Origin: Planctomycetota bacterium
GTDB taxonomy: Bacteria > Planctomycetota > UBA11346
DNA: 64,000 nucleotides
Direction: 5' to 3'
Assembly (NCBI GenBank): GCA_038213805.1
Contig: JBBQSO010000003.1
Coordinates: 32,001 to 96,000, forward strand
The notes beneath the pieces were generated by a model that made no database searches, was not told the DNA's origin, and saw nothing but the letters and a program-made list of their open reading frames with translations. Positions 50,199 through 60,135 of this stretch are shown here, one piece after another (within the stretch, counting starts at the first letter, position 1; the number at the start of each line of letters is the position of its first letter). A program made the position numbers and the translations under genes.

Positions 50199-51041
50199 AT
50201 GGCCGAGCCCAGCACCTCCACCCCGCCGCTGACGGTGATCCGCCCGCAGCAGGGCTGGGCCGATCTCGGCCTGGGCGAGCTGTGGGCGTACCGTGAACTG
50301 CTCGGCATGCTGGCCTGGCGCGATCTGGCGGTGCGCTACAAGCAGACCGCGCTGGGCGTGCTGTGGGTGGTGCTGCAGCCGTTGGCGATGGTCCTGGTCT
50401 TCACTATCGCGCTCGGCCGGATCGCGGTCTTCCGCGATCCGGCGGCGCCCTACCCGCTGCTGGTCCTGGGCGGGCTGCTACCGTGGATCCTAGTCGCGCG
50501 CGGACTGGTCGACGGTGGCGGCGCCCTGAGCGCCAACCAGCGGCTGCTCGGCAAGGTCTATTTCCCGCGCGCCGCGCTGCCTGCCGCCGCGGTGCTGGCG
50601 GCGCTGGCCGATCTGCTCATCGCCTTGGTTCTCGCGCTCGGCGTGCTGGCGGTGTGGGGCCATCCGCCGGGCACCGCCACCCTGTTGCTTCCCCTTTTGC
50701 TAATCCAGACCCTGCTCCTGGCGCTCGGCGTGGGCTGGTGGGTCTCCGCACTCGACGGGCGCTGGCGGGACGTGCGCCACACCATCCCATTCCTGGCGCA
50801 GCTCTGGTTCTTCGCCTCGCCGATCGCTTATCCGCTGGCTGCGGTCGACGCGGCTTGGCGCTGGCTGTACATGTTCAATCCGTTGACCGGGCTGGTGGAA
50901 GGTTTCCGCTGGTGCCTGCTTGGAGCGCCCGCGCCGCCGGGCGTCCTGCTGGCCACCTCGGCCTGTCTAGCCGTGGGGCTTGCGGGCTCCGGATTACTGC
51001 TCTTCCGCCGCTGGGAGCGCGACCTCGCGGATCACCTATGA
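50199..51041 (+). CDS. wzm: Polysaccharide ABC exporter permease
   Basis: YRELL..LAWRDL.VRYKQT.LG..W; KVYFPR; RDV; SPIAYP; NPL. Confidence 0.93.
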   Translation: MAEPSTSTPPLTVIRPQQGWADLGLGELWAYRELLGMLAWRDLAVRYKQTALGVLWVVLQPLAMVLVFTIALGRIAVFRDPAAPYPLLVLGGLLPWILVARGLVDGGGALSANQRLLGKVYFPRAALPAAAVLAALADLLIALVLALGVLAVWGHPPGTATLLLPLLLIQTLLLALGVGWWVSALDGRWRDVRHTIPFLAQLWFFASPIAYPLAAVDAAWRWLYMFNPLTGLVEGFRWCLLGAPAPPGVLLATSACLAVGLAGSGLLLFRRWERDLADHL

Positions 51042-52297
51042 GCGCACCTGCGATTTCCGTAGTCGGCCTCGGCAAGAGCTACCGTCTGGGCACCCCGGCG
51101 CGCTACGGCAGCCTGCGCGACAGCCTCGCGGCGCTGGCGAAGGGTAAACTCGGATGCGCCCGCGGCGACGAGATCTGGGCCCTGCGTGACGTGAGCTTCG
51201 CCATCGCCCAAGGCGAGGTGGTGGGCGTGATTGGCCGCAACGGGTCGGGCAAGAGCACGCTTCTCAAGGTGCTCGCCCGCATCACCCAGCCGACCACCGG
51301 TGAGGCGCGCATCTACGGCCGCGTCGGCAGCCTGCTCGAGGTCGGCTCCGGTTTCCACCCCGAGCTCACCGGCCGCGAGAACATCTATCTGGGCGGCGCT
51401 GTCATTGGCATGCGCCGCCGGGAGATCGCCGGGCGCTTCGCTGAGATCGTGGCCTTCGCCGAGCTTGAGCGCTTCATCGACACCCCAGTGAAGCACTACT
51501 CAAGCGGCATGTACATGCGCCTGGCCTTCGCCGTGGCCGCCCACCTCGACGCCGAGATCCTGCTCATCGACGAGGTCCTCGCAGTCGGCGACGCCGCGTT
51601 CCAGGCGCGCTGCCTGAGCAAGATCGGCGAGCTCGCCGGGCACGGCCGCACGGTGGTGTTCGTCAGCCACCAATTGAGCGCGGTGCGGCGCTTCTGCAGC
51701 CAGGCGCTGTGGCTCGACGGTGGGCGCGTGCGCGGCCATGGCCACACCGATGAGATGATGGCCGCCTACCTCGCCAGCCTCGATCCCGGCGGCGGCCACG
51801 GAACGGCGGCGCAAATCGCGGCGCTTCCCCCGGACCCCGCGCTGCGCCTGCTGGCGGTGGCGCTGCGTCAGAACGGGCAGCCCACCCTCCAGGCTGAGAC
51901 CGGGATGCCGCTCGAAGTGGTGATCGACTACGAGGTGCTACAGCGCACCCCGGGACTGCGCGTCTACGTGATACTGCGCGACCTCGACGACGCCGCGATC
52001 TTCCGCAGCCACGCCCATGGTGAGCAGACCGGGCTGCCGACCGCCTTGCCAGGCCGCTACCGGGCCACCTGTACCTTCCCACCCAACCTCCTGGCACCGC
52101 GACGCTACATCATCGAAGCCAGCGCCGATGTGCACAACGTGCGCAAGTGCTTCGTGCCGGGAGCCCGCCTCGCGTTCGATCTCCACGATTCGGGCGTCCT
52201 GCCCTTCGCCTTCGCCAGCGATGGAGCCCGGGGCGTGCAGATCGCACCGCTGCTGCCCTGGCGCACCAGCCCACTGGACGGGCCGCGCGATGCGTGA
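51038..52297 (+). CDS. wzt: Polysaccharide ABC exporter ATPase with C-terminal (Wzt-C-like) domain
   Basis: GRNGSGKST; GFHPELTGRENI; YSSGM; DEVLAVGD; about 170-aa beta-rich extension. Confidence 0.93.
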   Translation: MSAPAISVVGLGKSYRLGTPARYGSLRDSLAALAKGKLGCARGDEIWALRDVSFAIAQGEVVGVIGRNGSGKSTLLKVLARITQPTTGEARIYGRVGSLLEVGSGFHPELTGRENIYLGGAVIGMRRREIAGRFAEIVAFAELERFIDTPVKHYSSGMYMRLAFAVAAHLDAEILLIDEVLAVGDAAFQARCLSKIGELAGHGRTVVFVSHQLSAVRRFCSQALWLDGGRVRGHGHTDEMMAAYLASLDPGGGHGTAAQIAALPPDPALRLLAVALRQNGQPTLQAETGMPLEVVIDYEVLQRTPGLRVYVILRDLDDAAIFRSHAHGEQTGLPTALPGRYRATCTFPPNLLAPRRYIIEASADVHNVRKCFVPGARLAFDLHDSGVLPFAFASDGARGVQIAPLLPWRTSPLDGPRDA

Positions 52298-52345
52298 GGC
52301 GGCGCCGACGCACACGACTGCGGATAGCCCCGGGGACGGCTGACG

Positions 52346-53941
52346 ATGCGCATCTGCTTCTTACCCGCGGCTGGGGCCGAGACGGCCGGCGCCAGAATCC
52401 GCGCCTTCGCGCTCGCACGCGCGGTGGCGGAGCTCGGCCACGAGGTGCGGATCGGGCCATGGCCGGAAGCAGAGGTCGTGGTAGTCCAGAAACGGCTCGA
52501 CCGCGCTGTCCTGCGCCTCGTCCAGGGCATGCGCAAGCAAGGTGCGGCAGTGATCTACGATGTCGACGATAGCGGGCCGGCGCTCGCCTTCTGGGCTGCG
52601 CCACGCCTGTTCAGGCGCATGGTCCGTTGGGCCGATCTCATCACCACCGACACCACCGGGCATCGCGAGCGCTTGACCGGAAGCGTGGGCGGGACCGAAA
52701 TCGTCATAGTCCCTGACCTGATCGACTACGCCCCAACTGAGCCGCGCCGTCTGCTCCAGTGCGAGGAGGCGGAGCTCCGTGTCCTGTGGTTCGGCAGTTT
52801 CTCAAACATCGCCCTCTTCGCACGCCATGCCGCCACGCTACTCGCCATGCGCGACGTCCGCCTGGTGGTTATCACCTCCCTGGCCAGCTGCGCGCAGATC
52901 GCGGAACGCTTCCCCGGCATCGACTTCCTGCCCTGGTCGGTCGACAGCTTCACCAGCCAGTTGGCTACGTGCCACCTGAGCTGCCTGATGCATGACGGCA
53001 GCGAGGATGACCAGGCGAAGAGCAACAACCGGATGATCACGAGCATATGCTGGGGCGTGCCCGCGGTGGTGACCGCGACCAGGGATTATCTGCGCACGGC
53101 CATGGAGTGCCGGATCGAGTCCGCCGTCTTCGCCGATCCTGACGAACTGGTCGCGGCGATCACGGGCCTGCGCAGCGCCGCGGCCAGGCGGGCGTATCTC
53201 GCGAATGCGCAGGACGAGGTGTGGCGGCGGTACGCGCCGCAGACTGTTGCGCGCACCTTCCTCGCGGTCGCCAACCGGGCGCTCGCGCTCGCTGCCGCCA
53301 GGAGTCGCCGGTGTGGGTGGCGCCAGCGGCTGGCGGCGCGGATGCCGGCGCGCCTGCGCACCCTGGTCCGGGCCTGGCGCAACCGCGGGACCGAGCCACC
53401 GGTCGACGCACCGCGCGAGTACCTGCTCGCGTGGGTCGATCCCGCTGGGCAGGGGTACCGCGATGCGGTGTACGCCCGCCAGCGCAGCGGTGGCAGCCTG
53501 CCCCTGCTCGACAACCCCACGGTCGAGGAGATCGCAGCCGTCCTGGCCGCCGATGCCCCGGCCGAGGTGCTGGAGGTGGGCTGCGGTTGGGGACGCCTGC
53601 TCGAACCCCTGGGGGCCCGCTTCCGCATCACCGGCTGTGATGTCTCAGCGGAAATGCTCGCGCTGTGCCCGCCGGGCCTCGCAAAGTTCCGCTTCGATCT
53701 GGCAACCGCCGACAGCGCCGAAGTGGCCGCCCAGGAAGGGCGCTGGGATGTAATCTTTATGCGCGGTGTCATGCTGTATCTAGTCGAGAATCCGCAGCAC
53801 GCCCGACGCGCGCTGGCCAACCTGCTGCGCCTGGCGCGCAGGCAGATCCACGTGTGGGAGTGGCCAGAGACCTGCGCGCAGATGCGCGCGCTGTGCCCAG
53901 ACCGTCGCTTCGTCTATCACCCGATTGAGCACCGCGAGTGA
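52346..53941 (+). CDS. Glycosyltransferase-like domain fused to a class I SAM methyltransferase
   Basis: N-terminal GT-B-like motifs (ARIRA, VQK, IYDVDD, WFGS, KSNNR); C-terminal VLEVGCGWG...GCDVS..ML. Confidence 0.7.
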   Translation: MRICFLPAAGAETAGARIRAFALARAVAELGHEVRIGPWPEAEVVVVQKRLDRAVLRLVQGMRKQGAAVIYDVDDSGPALAFWAAPRLFRRMVRWADLITTDTTGHRERLTGSVGGTEIVIVPDLIDYAPTEPRRLLQCEEAELRVLWFGSFSNIALFARHAATLLAMRDVRLVVITSLASCAQIAERFPGIDFLPWSVDSFTSQLATCHLSCLMHDGSEDDQAKSNNRMITSICWGVPAVVTATRDYLRTAMECRIESAVFADPDELVAAITGLRSAAARRAYLANAQDEVWRRYAPQTVARTFLAVANRALALAAARSRRCGWRQRLAARMPARLRTLVRAWRNRGTEPPVDAPREYLLAWVDPAGQGYRDAVYARQRSGGSLPLLDNPTVEEIAAVLAADAPAEVLEVGCGWGRLLEPLGARFRITGCDVSAEMLALCPPGLAKFRFDLATADSAEVAAQEGRWDVIFMRGVMLYLVENPQHARRALANLLRLARRQIHVWEWPETCAQMRALCPDRRFVYHPIEHRE

Positions 53942-54061
53942 GCGGATGCCACGGCCTCCACGCGACCCCGGCTCCAATGGCCGCCACCGCTGGCGGCCCG
54001 GACCGCCGCGCACATGCTCATATTCCAACCTCGTGATCACCCACTGTACTTGGGACCCCCG

Positions 54062-55177
54062 ATGACCCAGCTCTTCAAGCCCTTCGTTAGCGAGGCCGCT
54101 ATCGCCGCGAGTGCCGAGGTACTGCGCTCGGGCTGGATCGGCCTTGGTCCACGCACCGCCCGATTCGAACGCGAGTTCGCCGCCTACATCGGCTGCCGGC
54201 ACGCGGTGGCGGTGAACTCGGCAACCTCGGCACTGCACCTCGCAGCGGTGGTGTCGGGCATCGGTCCCGGCGATGAGGTGCTGACCACGCCGATGACCTT
54301 CCTCTCGACCAATGCGGCGATCCTGTACCAGGGCGCGGTGCCGGTGTTCGTCGACATCGAACCTGACACCCTCAACCTCGACCTCGCCCAGGCCGCCGCG
54401 CTGGTCAGCCCGCGCACCAAGGCTATAATGGTCGTGCACTACGGCGGCAACCCCCTCGATGAGGAGCGGCTCTATGCCTTCGCCACCCGGCACGGCCTGG
54501 CGGTAATCGAGGACGCGGCCCACGCCTGCGGAGCGACCTTCCGCGGTCGGCGCATCGGCGCCTTCGGCACCACCTGCTTCTCGTTCCACGCGGTCAAGAA
54601 TCTGCCGCTCGGCGATGGTGGCATGGTGACCACCGATGACGACGCGCTCTGCGCGCGCCTGCAGCGCCTGCGCTGGATGGGCATCGACCGCAGCACCTTC
54701 GACCGCAACGCCGGTGCCTACCAGTGGGAATACGACGTCGACGAGCTCGGCTACAAGTACCACATGAACGACATCGCCGCTGCGATCGGCTGCGCGCACC
54801 TGCCGGAACTCGATGCGTGGAACCGGCGCCGCGCGGGCTTCGTCGCGATCTACCGCGAGGTCCTCGGCGATCTGCCGCGTGAGCGCCTCGCATTCCTTGC
54901 CACCACCCCAGGGGCCGAGTCCGCGCACCACCTCTGCGTAGTGCTAGTCGCCGACCGTGACCGCCTGAGCGGGCTCCTCAAGGAGCGCGGCATCGGCGTC
55001 GGTGTGCACTACAAGCCGAACCACCATTACCCGCCGTTCCGCCGTTTCGTGCGCGCCCCCCTGCCCGCCTGCGAAGCGGCTTATGCCCGGCAAATGAGCC
55101 TGCCGCTGCACCTCCATCTCGATGAGGCCGAGGTGCGCACCGTGGCCACCACCCTGCGCGAGCTGATCGCGTCGTGA
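54062..55177 (+). CDS. DegT/DnrJ/EryC1/StrS sugar aminotransferase
   Basis: SGWIGLGP; NSATSALHL; IEDAAHA; SFHAVKNL...GGM (PLP Lys). Confidence 0.93.
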   Translation: MTQLFKPFVSEAAIAASAEVLRSGWIGLGPRTARFEREFAAYIGCRHAVAVNSATSALHLAAVVSGIGPGDEVLTTPMTFLSTNAAILYQGAVPVFVDIEPDTLNLDLAQAAALVSPRTKAIMVVHYGGNPLDEERLYAFATRHGLAVIEDAAHACGATFRGRRIGAFGTTCFSFHAVKNLPLGDGGMVTTDDDALCARLQRLRWMGIDRSTFDRNAGAYQWEYDVDELGYKYHMNDIAAAIGCAHLPELDAWNRRRAGFVAIYREVLGDLPRERLAFLATTPGAESAHHLCVVLVADRDRLSGLLKERGIGVGVHYKPNHHYPPFRRFVRAPLPACEAAYARQMSLPLHLHLDEAEVRTVATTLRELIAS

Positions 55178-56361
55178 ATCCGCCCTCCCCGCGGCTGGGG
55201 CAACTGGACCAGCCGCCGCGCGTGGCAGTGGTGCTCGCGAGCGCGGCGTGGGGCGGAGCCGAGAGTCAGGCGCTGCTCGGCGCCGCAGCGCTACGTGCCG
55301 CCGGCCGTGCCGAGATCGTCGTGTTCGCCATGACCAGCGCGCCCCTGGCCGGCAGTCCGGTCGCCCTCGCCTGCGCGGCCGCCGGCTTCCCGTGCCTGCC
55401 GCTGCCGCGCTGCGAATCGCGCTGGGGATGGCGCACCTGGTTGCGCATCCGGGCCATCGGCCGGCAACTGCGCGCCTCCAAGGCAGACCTGCTGCTGCCC
55501 TTCACCATGCCCGCCAACATCGCCTGCGCCCTGGGACGCACCGCGAGCGGTGCACGCGCGGTGATCTGGAACCAGCGCGATCAGGGACTCGCGCGCTTTC
55601 CACGCTGGCTGGAGCGGGCCGCCGTACGCCGCGCGAACGGCTTCATCGCCAACAGCCCGGGTGGGGCGGCCTTCCTCGCCGACAGACTCGGCGTCCCCGT
55701 CGCGCGCATCCGCGTGGTGCCCAACGCCGTAGCACTCCAGCCGCCGCGCCAAGCGCGCGCCGCCTGGCGCAGCGGACTGGGCATCGCAGCGGATGTCCCG
55801 TTGGTGTGCATGGTGGCCAACCTGAGCCCGCACAAGGACCATCACACGCTGCTCGCGGCGTGGGCCCTGGTGGTCGCCGACTACGCGGAAGTGGTTCCTC
55901 ACCTCGTCCTGGCCGGGCGGGACGATGGCGCCGGTGTGAGCCTGCACGCGCAGATCGATGCCGCTGGACTCGCCGCCTGCGTACACTTCGCCGGCCCGGT
56001 AGATGATGTGGCAGGATTGCTCGCCGCCAGCGATCTGGCGGTCTTCAGCTCGCGCTCCGAAGGCCTACCCAATGCCGTGCTGGAGTCGATGGCGGCCGGG
56101 CTCGCTGTCGTGGCCAGCGACATCCCTGGGGTGCGCAGCGCCCTCGGGGAAGGCACGCAGCCGCTCGCGCGACCTGGCGATGCCGCTGGCCTCGCCGCGC
56201 TGATCATCGCCGCGCTCCGCGATCCCCGGCTTCGCGAGAGACAGGGGGCAGCCAATCGCCAGCGCGCGCAGGAGAGGTTCTCGACCGCCGAACTGGCACG
56301 CGCCCTGACGGAAGAGATCAGCCTCGTGCTGGACTCTCCGTCGCGTTCCGAGCCGCCATGA
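55174..56361 (+). CDS. Glycosyltransferase family 4
   Basis: GGAE; IANS; VPN; KDH; SEGLPNAVLESMA. Confidence 0.9.
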   Translation: MNPPSPRLGQLDQPPRVAVVLASAAWGGAESQALLGAAALRAAGRAEIVVFAMTSAPLAGSPVALACAAAGFPCLPLPRCESRWGWRTWLRIRAIGRQLRASKADLLLPFTMPANIACALGRTASGARAVIWNQRDQGLARFPRWLERAAVRRANGFIANSPGGAAFLADRLGVPVARIRVVPNAVALQPPRQARAAWRSGLGIAADVPLVCMVANLSPHKDHHTLLAAWALVVADYAEVVPHLVLAGRDDGAGVSLHAQIDAAGLAACVHFAGPVDDVAGLLAASDLAVFSSRSEGLPNAVLESMAAGLAVVASDIPGVRSALGEGTQPLARPGDAAGLAALIIAALRDPRLRERQGAANRQRAQERFSTAELARALTEEISLVLDSPSRSEPP

Positions 56362-57167
56362 CCACCCTCGCCTTCCTCATCCCCAGCCGCGACCGCCACG
56401 GCGAGCTGGCGCGGTGGCTGCCAAGCGTGCTGCGCGCCGCGCAGCGGGTCGAAGCCGCGGTTCTGATCTGCGACCAATCCGCACGACCCTTTTCCGCCCC
56501 GCGCGGCGCGACCGTCCTGCACCGCCCGGACCTCGCCGGGTTGCCGGCCGCGCGCAACGCCCTGCTCGCGGCATGCGCAGCCGAGGTGGTGTGCTTCCTC
56601 GACGATGACGCCGCGGTCGCCGGCGACTTCGCCACCGTCCTGCTCGCTCTGGCAGCGGTCGAACCGGACACCGTGGCCTGGGGCCCAGTAGTGGAGGCCC
56701 GGCCCCTGGCCGTGCGCCGCCTGCACCGCCTCGCCCAGTTGGGGGTCTTCCACGATCCCCGCCGCCTGATCGGCCAGCGCCGCGACCAGCCGACCACGGC
56801 GCTCTTCGGTTGCTGCTTCGCCGTGCGCCGCGCCGCAGCCGTGGCGACCGGGTTCGACGCCCGGAGGGACGGCTACGCCCTGGGCGAGGATCTCGACTTC
56901 TGCCTGCGTCTGCGTGCGCACGGCGGCCTGCGCTTCGCACGCGGACTGCGCGCCATCCATCACCGCGCCGCGACCGGCCGCGCCGACCGCGACCGCCGCG
57001 GCCTCGGCAAAGGCGCCTTTCTGCGCTGGCTGGCGCGCCGCCATGGCGGCCATAACCCCTTCACCGTGCTGCACCTGCTCCTGGCGGCTGCTGCCGCCGC
57101 CAGCACTCGCGGAGAGGAACCGGCCAGCTTCCTGGGGGTGATGCGCGGCCTCTGGGCCGGACGATGA
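56358..57167 (+). CDS. Glycosyltransferase family 2
   Basis: IPSRDR; AARN; FLDDD; GEDLDFCLR. Confidence 0.87.
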   Translation: MTTLAFLIPSRDRHGELARWLPSVLRAAQRVEAAVLICDQSARPFSAPRGATVLHRPDLAGLPAARNALLAACAAEVVCFLDDDAAVAGDFATVLLALAAVEPDTVAWGPVVEARPLAVRRLHRLAQLGVFHDPRRLIGQRRDQPTTALFGCCFAVRRAAAVATGFDARRDGYALGEDLDFCLRLRAHGGLRFARGLRAIHHRAATGRADRDRRGLGKGAFLRWLARRHGGHNPFTVLHLLLAAAAAASTRGEEPASFLGVMRGLWAGR

Positions 57168-57283
57168 GCATGTCCCACCGGGCCCACCGGCGAAAACGCT
57201 GCGGGAAAGCCTCAAAGAGACGAACGTTTGCCCAAATCCTCCCACTTTACCCCGCGCGTCAGCCCCTCAAGCGATTTCCCGTC

Positions 57284-57312
57284 TTGAAAATCGCTTGCCC
57301 GGCACCTAGACT
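57284..57312 (+). promoter_or_regulatory. sigma70-type promoter of the PGI-family gene, overlapped by an inverted repeat
   Basis: TTGAAA-N17-TAGACT; inverted repeat CAAGCGATTT (57268-77) / AAATCGCTTG (57288-97). Confidence 0.5.
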
Positions 57313-57477
57313 GACCATCCGCAAACTACCCCCTGAATTCGACTTCGCGCCGAAGTCGCATCCCGCTGTCCGGCACTTGTCGTACGGCGTTTCACCTTCG
57401 GGCATGGAAGCATACGGTTCCGCGGCGCGGCGGACGATCCGGATCGCCGGCACGTCGGAACCTGTTCTGGAGCGCGC

Positions 57478-58875
57478 ATGAGCAGTCTCACGCTTGACTA
57501 CACCAACTGCCTCTCGGATGCCATCGGCGCAACCCATGGCCTGACCAAGCCCGAGGTCGATACGTTGGTGGCCAAGTTCCCCAAGCACCACGAGAACATC
57601 GAGGAGCTGCGCAGCACCGGGGAGAGCAGTTTCTTCGACCTGCCCTACCAGGACATCAGCGAGCTCAAAGCCCTGCTCAAGAAGCACCAGGGCAAGTGGG
57701 ACAACCTGGTGGTGGTGGCGATCGGTGGCAGCGCGTACGGCGCCAAGGCCCTGCTCACCGCGCTCGGCCACTCCGCCTTTAATCTCCTCGAGGGCAAGGC
57801 GCGCCGGGGTGCCCCGCGCGTGCACTTCGCCGCCAATCCCGATCCCCTGGCTCTGACCGAGCTGGTCGAGGTCCTCGACCTCAAGAAGACCCTCTTCCAG
57901 GTGGTCAGCAAGACCGGCACCACGGTCGAGACCAATGCCATGTTCCTGTGGTTGCAGGAGCTGCTCAAGAAGAAGGTCGGTAAGAGCGCCCTCTCCAGCC
58001 AGGTGGTGATCACCACCGATCGCGAGAAGAGCCCCCTCATCGAGATCGCCCGGCAAGAGAAGATCGACACCCTGAATGTGCCGTCGAACCTGACCGGCCG
58101 CTTCGGCGTGCTCGGCAACAGTGGCCTGTTCACTGCCGGCATGGTCGGCATCGACGTCGCCGCACTGCTTGCCGGCGCCGCCGACATGGACAAGCGCTGC
58201 CGCCACGGCGAGGCCTTCCGCAACCCGGCTTACATGCACTCGCTGGTGCACTACCTGTTGACGCGCAAGCGCCGCAAGACCATCCACGTGACGTTCAGCT
58301 TCAGCAACCGGGTGCACGGCATCGGCGAATGGTACTCGCACCTGTGCGCGGTCAGCCTCGGCAAGATGCTCAACCGCAAAGGCAAGGCCGTGCACGTCGG
58401 GCCCAGCCCGGTGTCGGCGCTCGGCACCTTCGACCAACACGGGCAGATGCAGCTCTTCGCCGAGGGCCCCTTCGACAAGGTGGTGACCTTCATCACCGTC
58501 AAGGACCACGGCGCCCAGCTTATCGCACCCGCCGCCTACCCCAAGGTCGAGACCGTCGGCTACCTCGGCAATGCCGACTTCGCCGCCATTCTCGACAACG
58601 GCTACCTGGGCGCGGAACAGCACATCACCGCCAGCGGTCGGCCGAACATGACCATCATGCTCGACAAGGTCGAGGCCGGCCCGGTCGGCGGGCTGATCTA
58701 CCTGCTGCAGCTTTCGACGGTGATGAGCGCCGAGCTCTACGGCATCGATCCCTTCGACCAGCCGGGCGTCGAGCACGGCAAGCACGCCTCCTTCGCCCAA
58801 TTCGGCCGCGCCGGGTTCGAGGACCACGCCAAGCGCATCAAGGATTACCGCGGCAAGCCGCGCAAGACCTGCTGA
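57478..58875 (+). CDS. Glucose-6-phosphate isomerase family protein (catalytic Glu substituted)
   Basis: IGGS; SKTGTTVET; DQH; PFDQPGVE.GK; but HLCAVSLGK in place of QLxAESLGK. Confidence 0.85.
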   Translation: MSSLTLDYTNCLSDAIGATHGLTKPEVDTLVAKFPKHHENIEELRSTGESSFFDLPYQDISELKALLKKHQGKWDNLVVVAIGGSAYGAKALLTALGHSAFNLLEGKARRGAPRVHFAANPDPLALTELVEVLDLKKTLFQVVSKTGTTVETNAMFLWLQELLKKKVGKSALSSQVVITTDREKSPLIEIARQEKIDTLNVPSNLTGRFGVLGNSGLFTAGMVGIDVAALLAGAADMDKRCRHGEAFRNPAYMHSLVHYLLTRKRRKTIHVTFSFSNRVHGIGEWYSHLCAVSLGKMLNRKGKAVHVGPSPVSALGTFDQHGQMQLFAEGPFDKVVTFITVKDHGAQLIAPAAYPKVETVGYLGNADFAAILDNGYLGAEQHITASGRPNMTIMLDKVEAGPVGGLIYLLQLSTVMSAELYGIDPFDQPGVEHGKHASFAQFGRAGFEDHAKRIKDYRGKPRKTC

Positions 58876-58996
58876 ACCCATCCGGGAAGCTGCGAGCCCA
58901 TGCGGCTTGGGGACTTGCGAGGCGCCACCCCTTGCACCGCCGCCCCAGATCGGCCATGATAGACGGACGCCCGCCTCGGGACCAAGGACCGCCGCA

Positions 58997-59989
58997 ATGC
59001 CCCTCTTCGACCAGCTCAACGAGCTTCTCCACCCGGTGCGGTGGGTGATCCTGGTGGTGGCCGTGCCGCTGCTGGTGATCTATGGCCGCGTGCTGGCCGG
59101 CGCCCTGTTCGGCAGCGCCGCGCCCGGCACCAAGACCGCCTCGATCGTTGGCGGCAAGCCGGTGGTGCCGGTGCGACGCAACCCGGGCGCTGGTCCGCGG
59201 CCTGGCGGCGCGAAGACGCCCACGCCGATCCCGCCCGGCGGCAAACAGGAGGTCCTGCCCAGTTCGCTTGAGGCCGGCATCGCCGGCCACGCGCAGCGCG
59301 CCGCCGCCAAGACGGCCAAGATACCCGTCCCGCCCGCACGCGCCAGCGACAGCCAGGCGCCCACCGACATCATCCCGCCGTCGGTGCCGCGCGGCGCGAC
59401 CCCACCGGCGACCGCGCGCATCGACAAGCCGGTGCCGCCCGAACCGTCCATCATCGGTTCCGGCACCAGCGACGATGCTGCCCTCGCCGACCTCTTCGGC
59501 GGCGTGGCCAAGGCCGAGGCCCCCGCCGGTCCGCAGCCGACCGAAACCGAGCTGAACCGCCGCAAGGCCACGCGCATGGAGGAACTTGGATTCCACCACA
59601 GCATCGCCAGCGACACCGTCACCGGCGCACCCGGCGCAATCGCCCCCACCGGCGACACCAGCAGGCCGGCCGAGCCGCCGCGCAGCCAGACCGCCGAGCT
59701 GACCTCGATCCTGGAGCGCATCGACAAGTTCCTCGCCGAAGACCAGCCCGCCCCCGGCGCCGAGAAGCCCACGGACAAAGTCACCGACAAGGTCGAGGCC
59801 AAGCCGCCCACCACCACCATCACCGTCAAACCGGCCGGTGAGCCGGCCGCTGCCAGCGCCCCGCCCGAGAACCCGGCGACCAAGAAGACCCAGCCGCTGT
59901 GGGCGCGCGCCGACGTGCAGGATGAGGACCTCGAGAAGAAGGATCCCCCCATGGATCCGAAGCCGCCGGAGCAGCAGCGGTTGTTCTAG
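58997..59989 (+). CDS. Membrane-anchored Pro/Ala/Thr-rich hypothetical protein
   Basis: Single N-terminal TM segment, then low-complexity sequence with short ordered motifs. Confidence 0.7.
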   Translation: MPLFDQLNELLHPVRWVILVVAVPLLVIYGRVLAGALFGSAAPGTKTASIVGGKPVVPVRRNPGAGPRPGGAKTPTPIPPGGKQEVLPSSLEAGIAGHAQRAAAKTAKIPVPPARASDSQAPTDIIPPSVPRGATPPATARIDKPVPPEPSIIGSGTSDDAALADLFGGVAKAEAPAGPQPTETELNRRKATRMEELGFHHSIASDTVTGAPGAIAPTGDTSRPAEPPRSQTAELTSILERIDKFLAEDQPAPGAEKPTDKVTDKVEAKPPTTTITVKPAGEPAAASAPPENPATKKTQPLWARADVQDEDLEKKDPPMDPKPPEQQRLF

Positions 59990-60001
59990 GGAAATAAGTG
60001 G

Positions 60002-60056
60002 GCTGATGGCTGATGGCTGATGGCTGATGGCTGATGGCTGATGGCTGATCGTCAGC
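60002..60056. repeat. Heptamer array (GCTGATG)x6 plus a variant unit
   Basis: 12 nt after the stop at 59989; only a short GTCAGC reverse unit follows. Confidence 0.9.
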
Positions 60057-60135
60057 ATCGCGATCGCGAATCACGCTTTCCTCACATTTGTAGGCTGGCG
60101 AAGAGGAGAGATGGGCGAATCGGTCGCCTGCCTAG

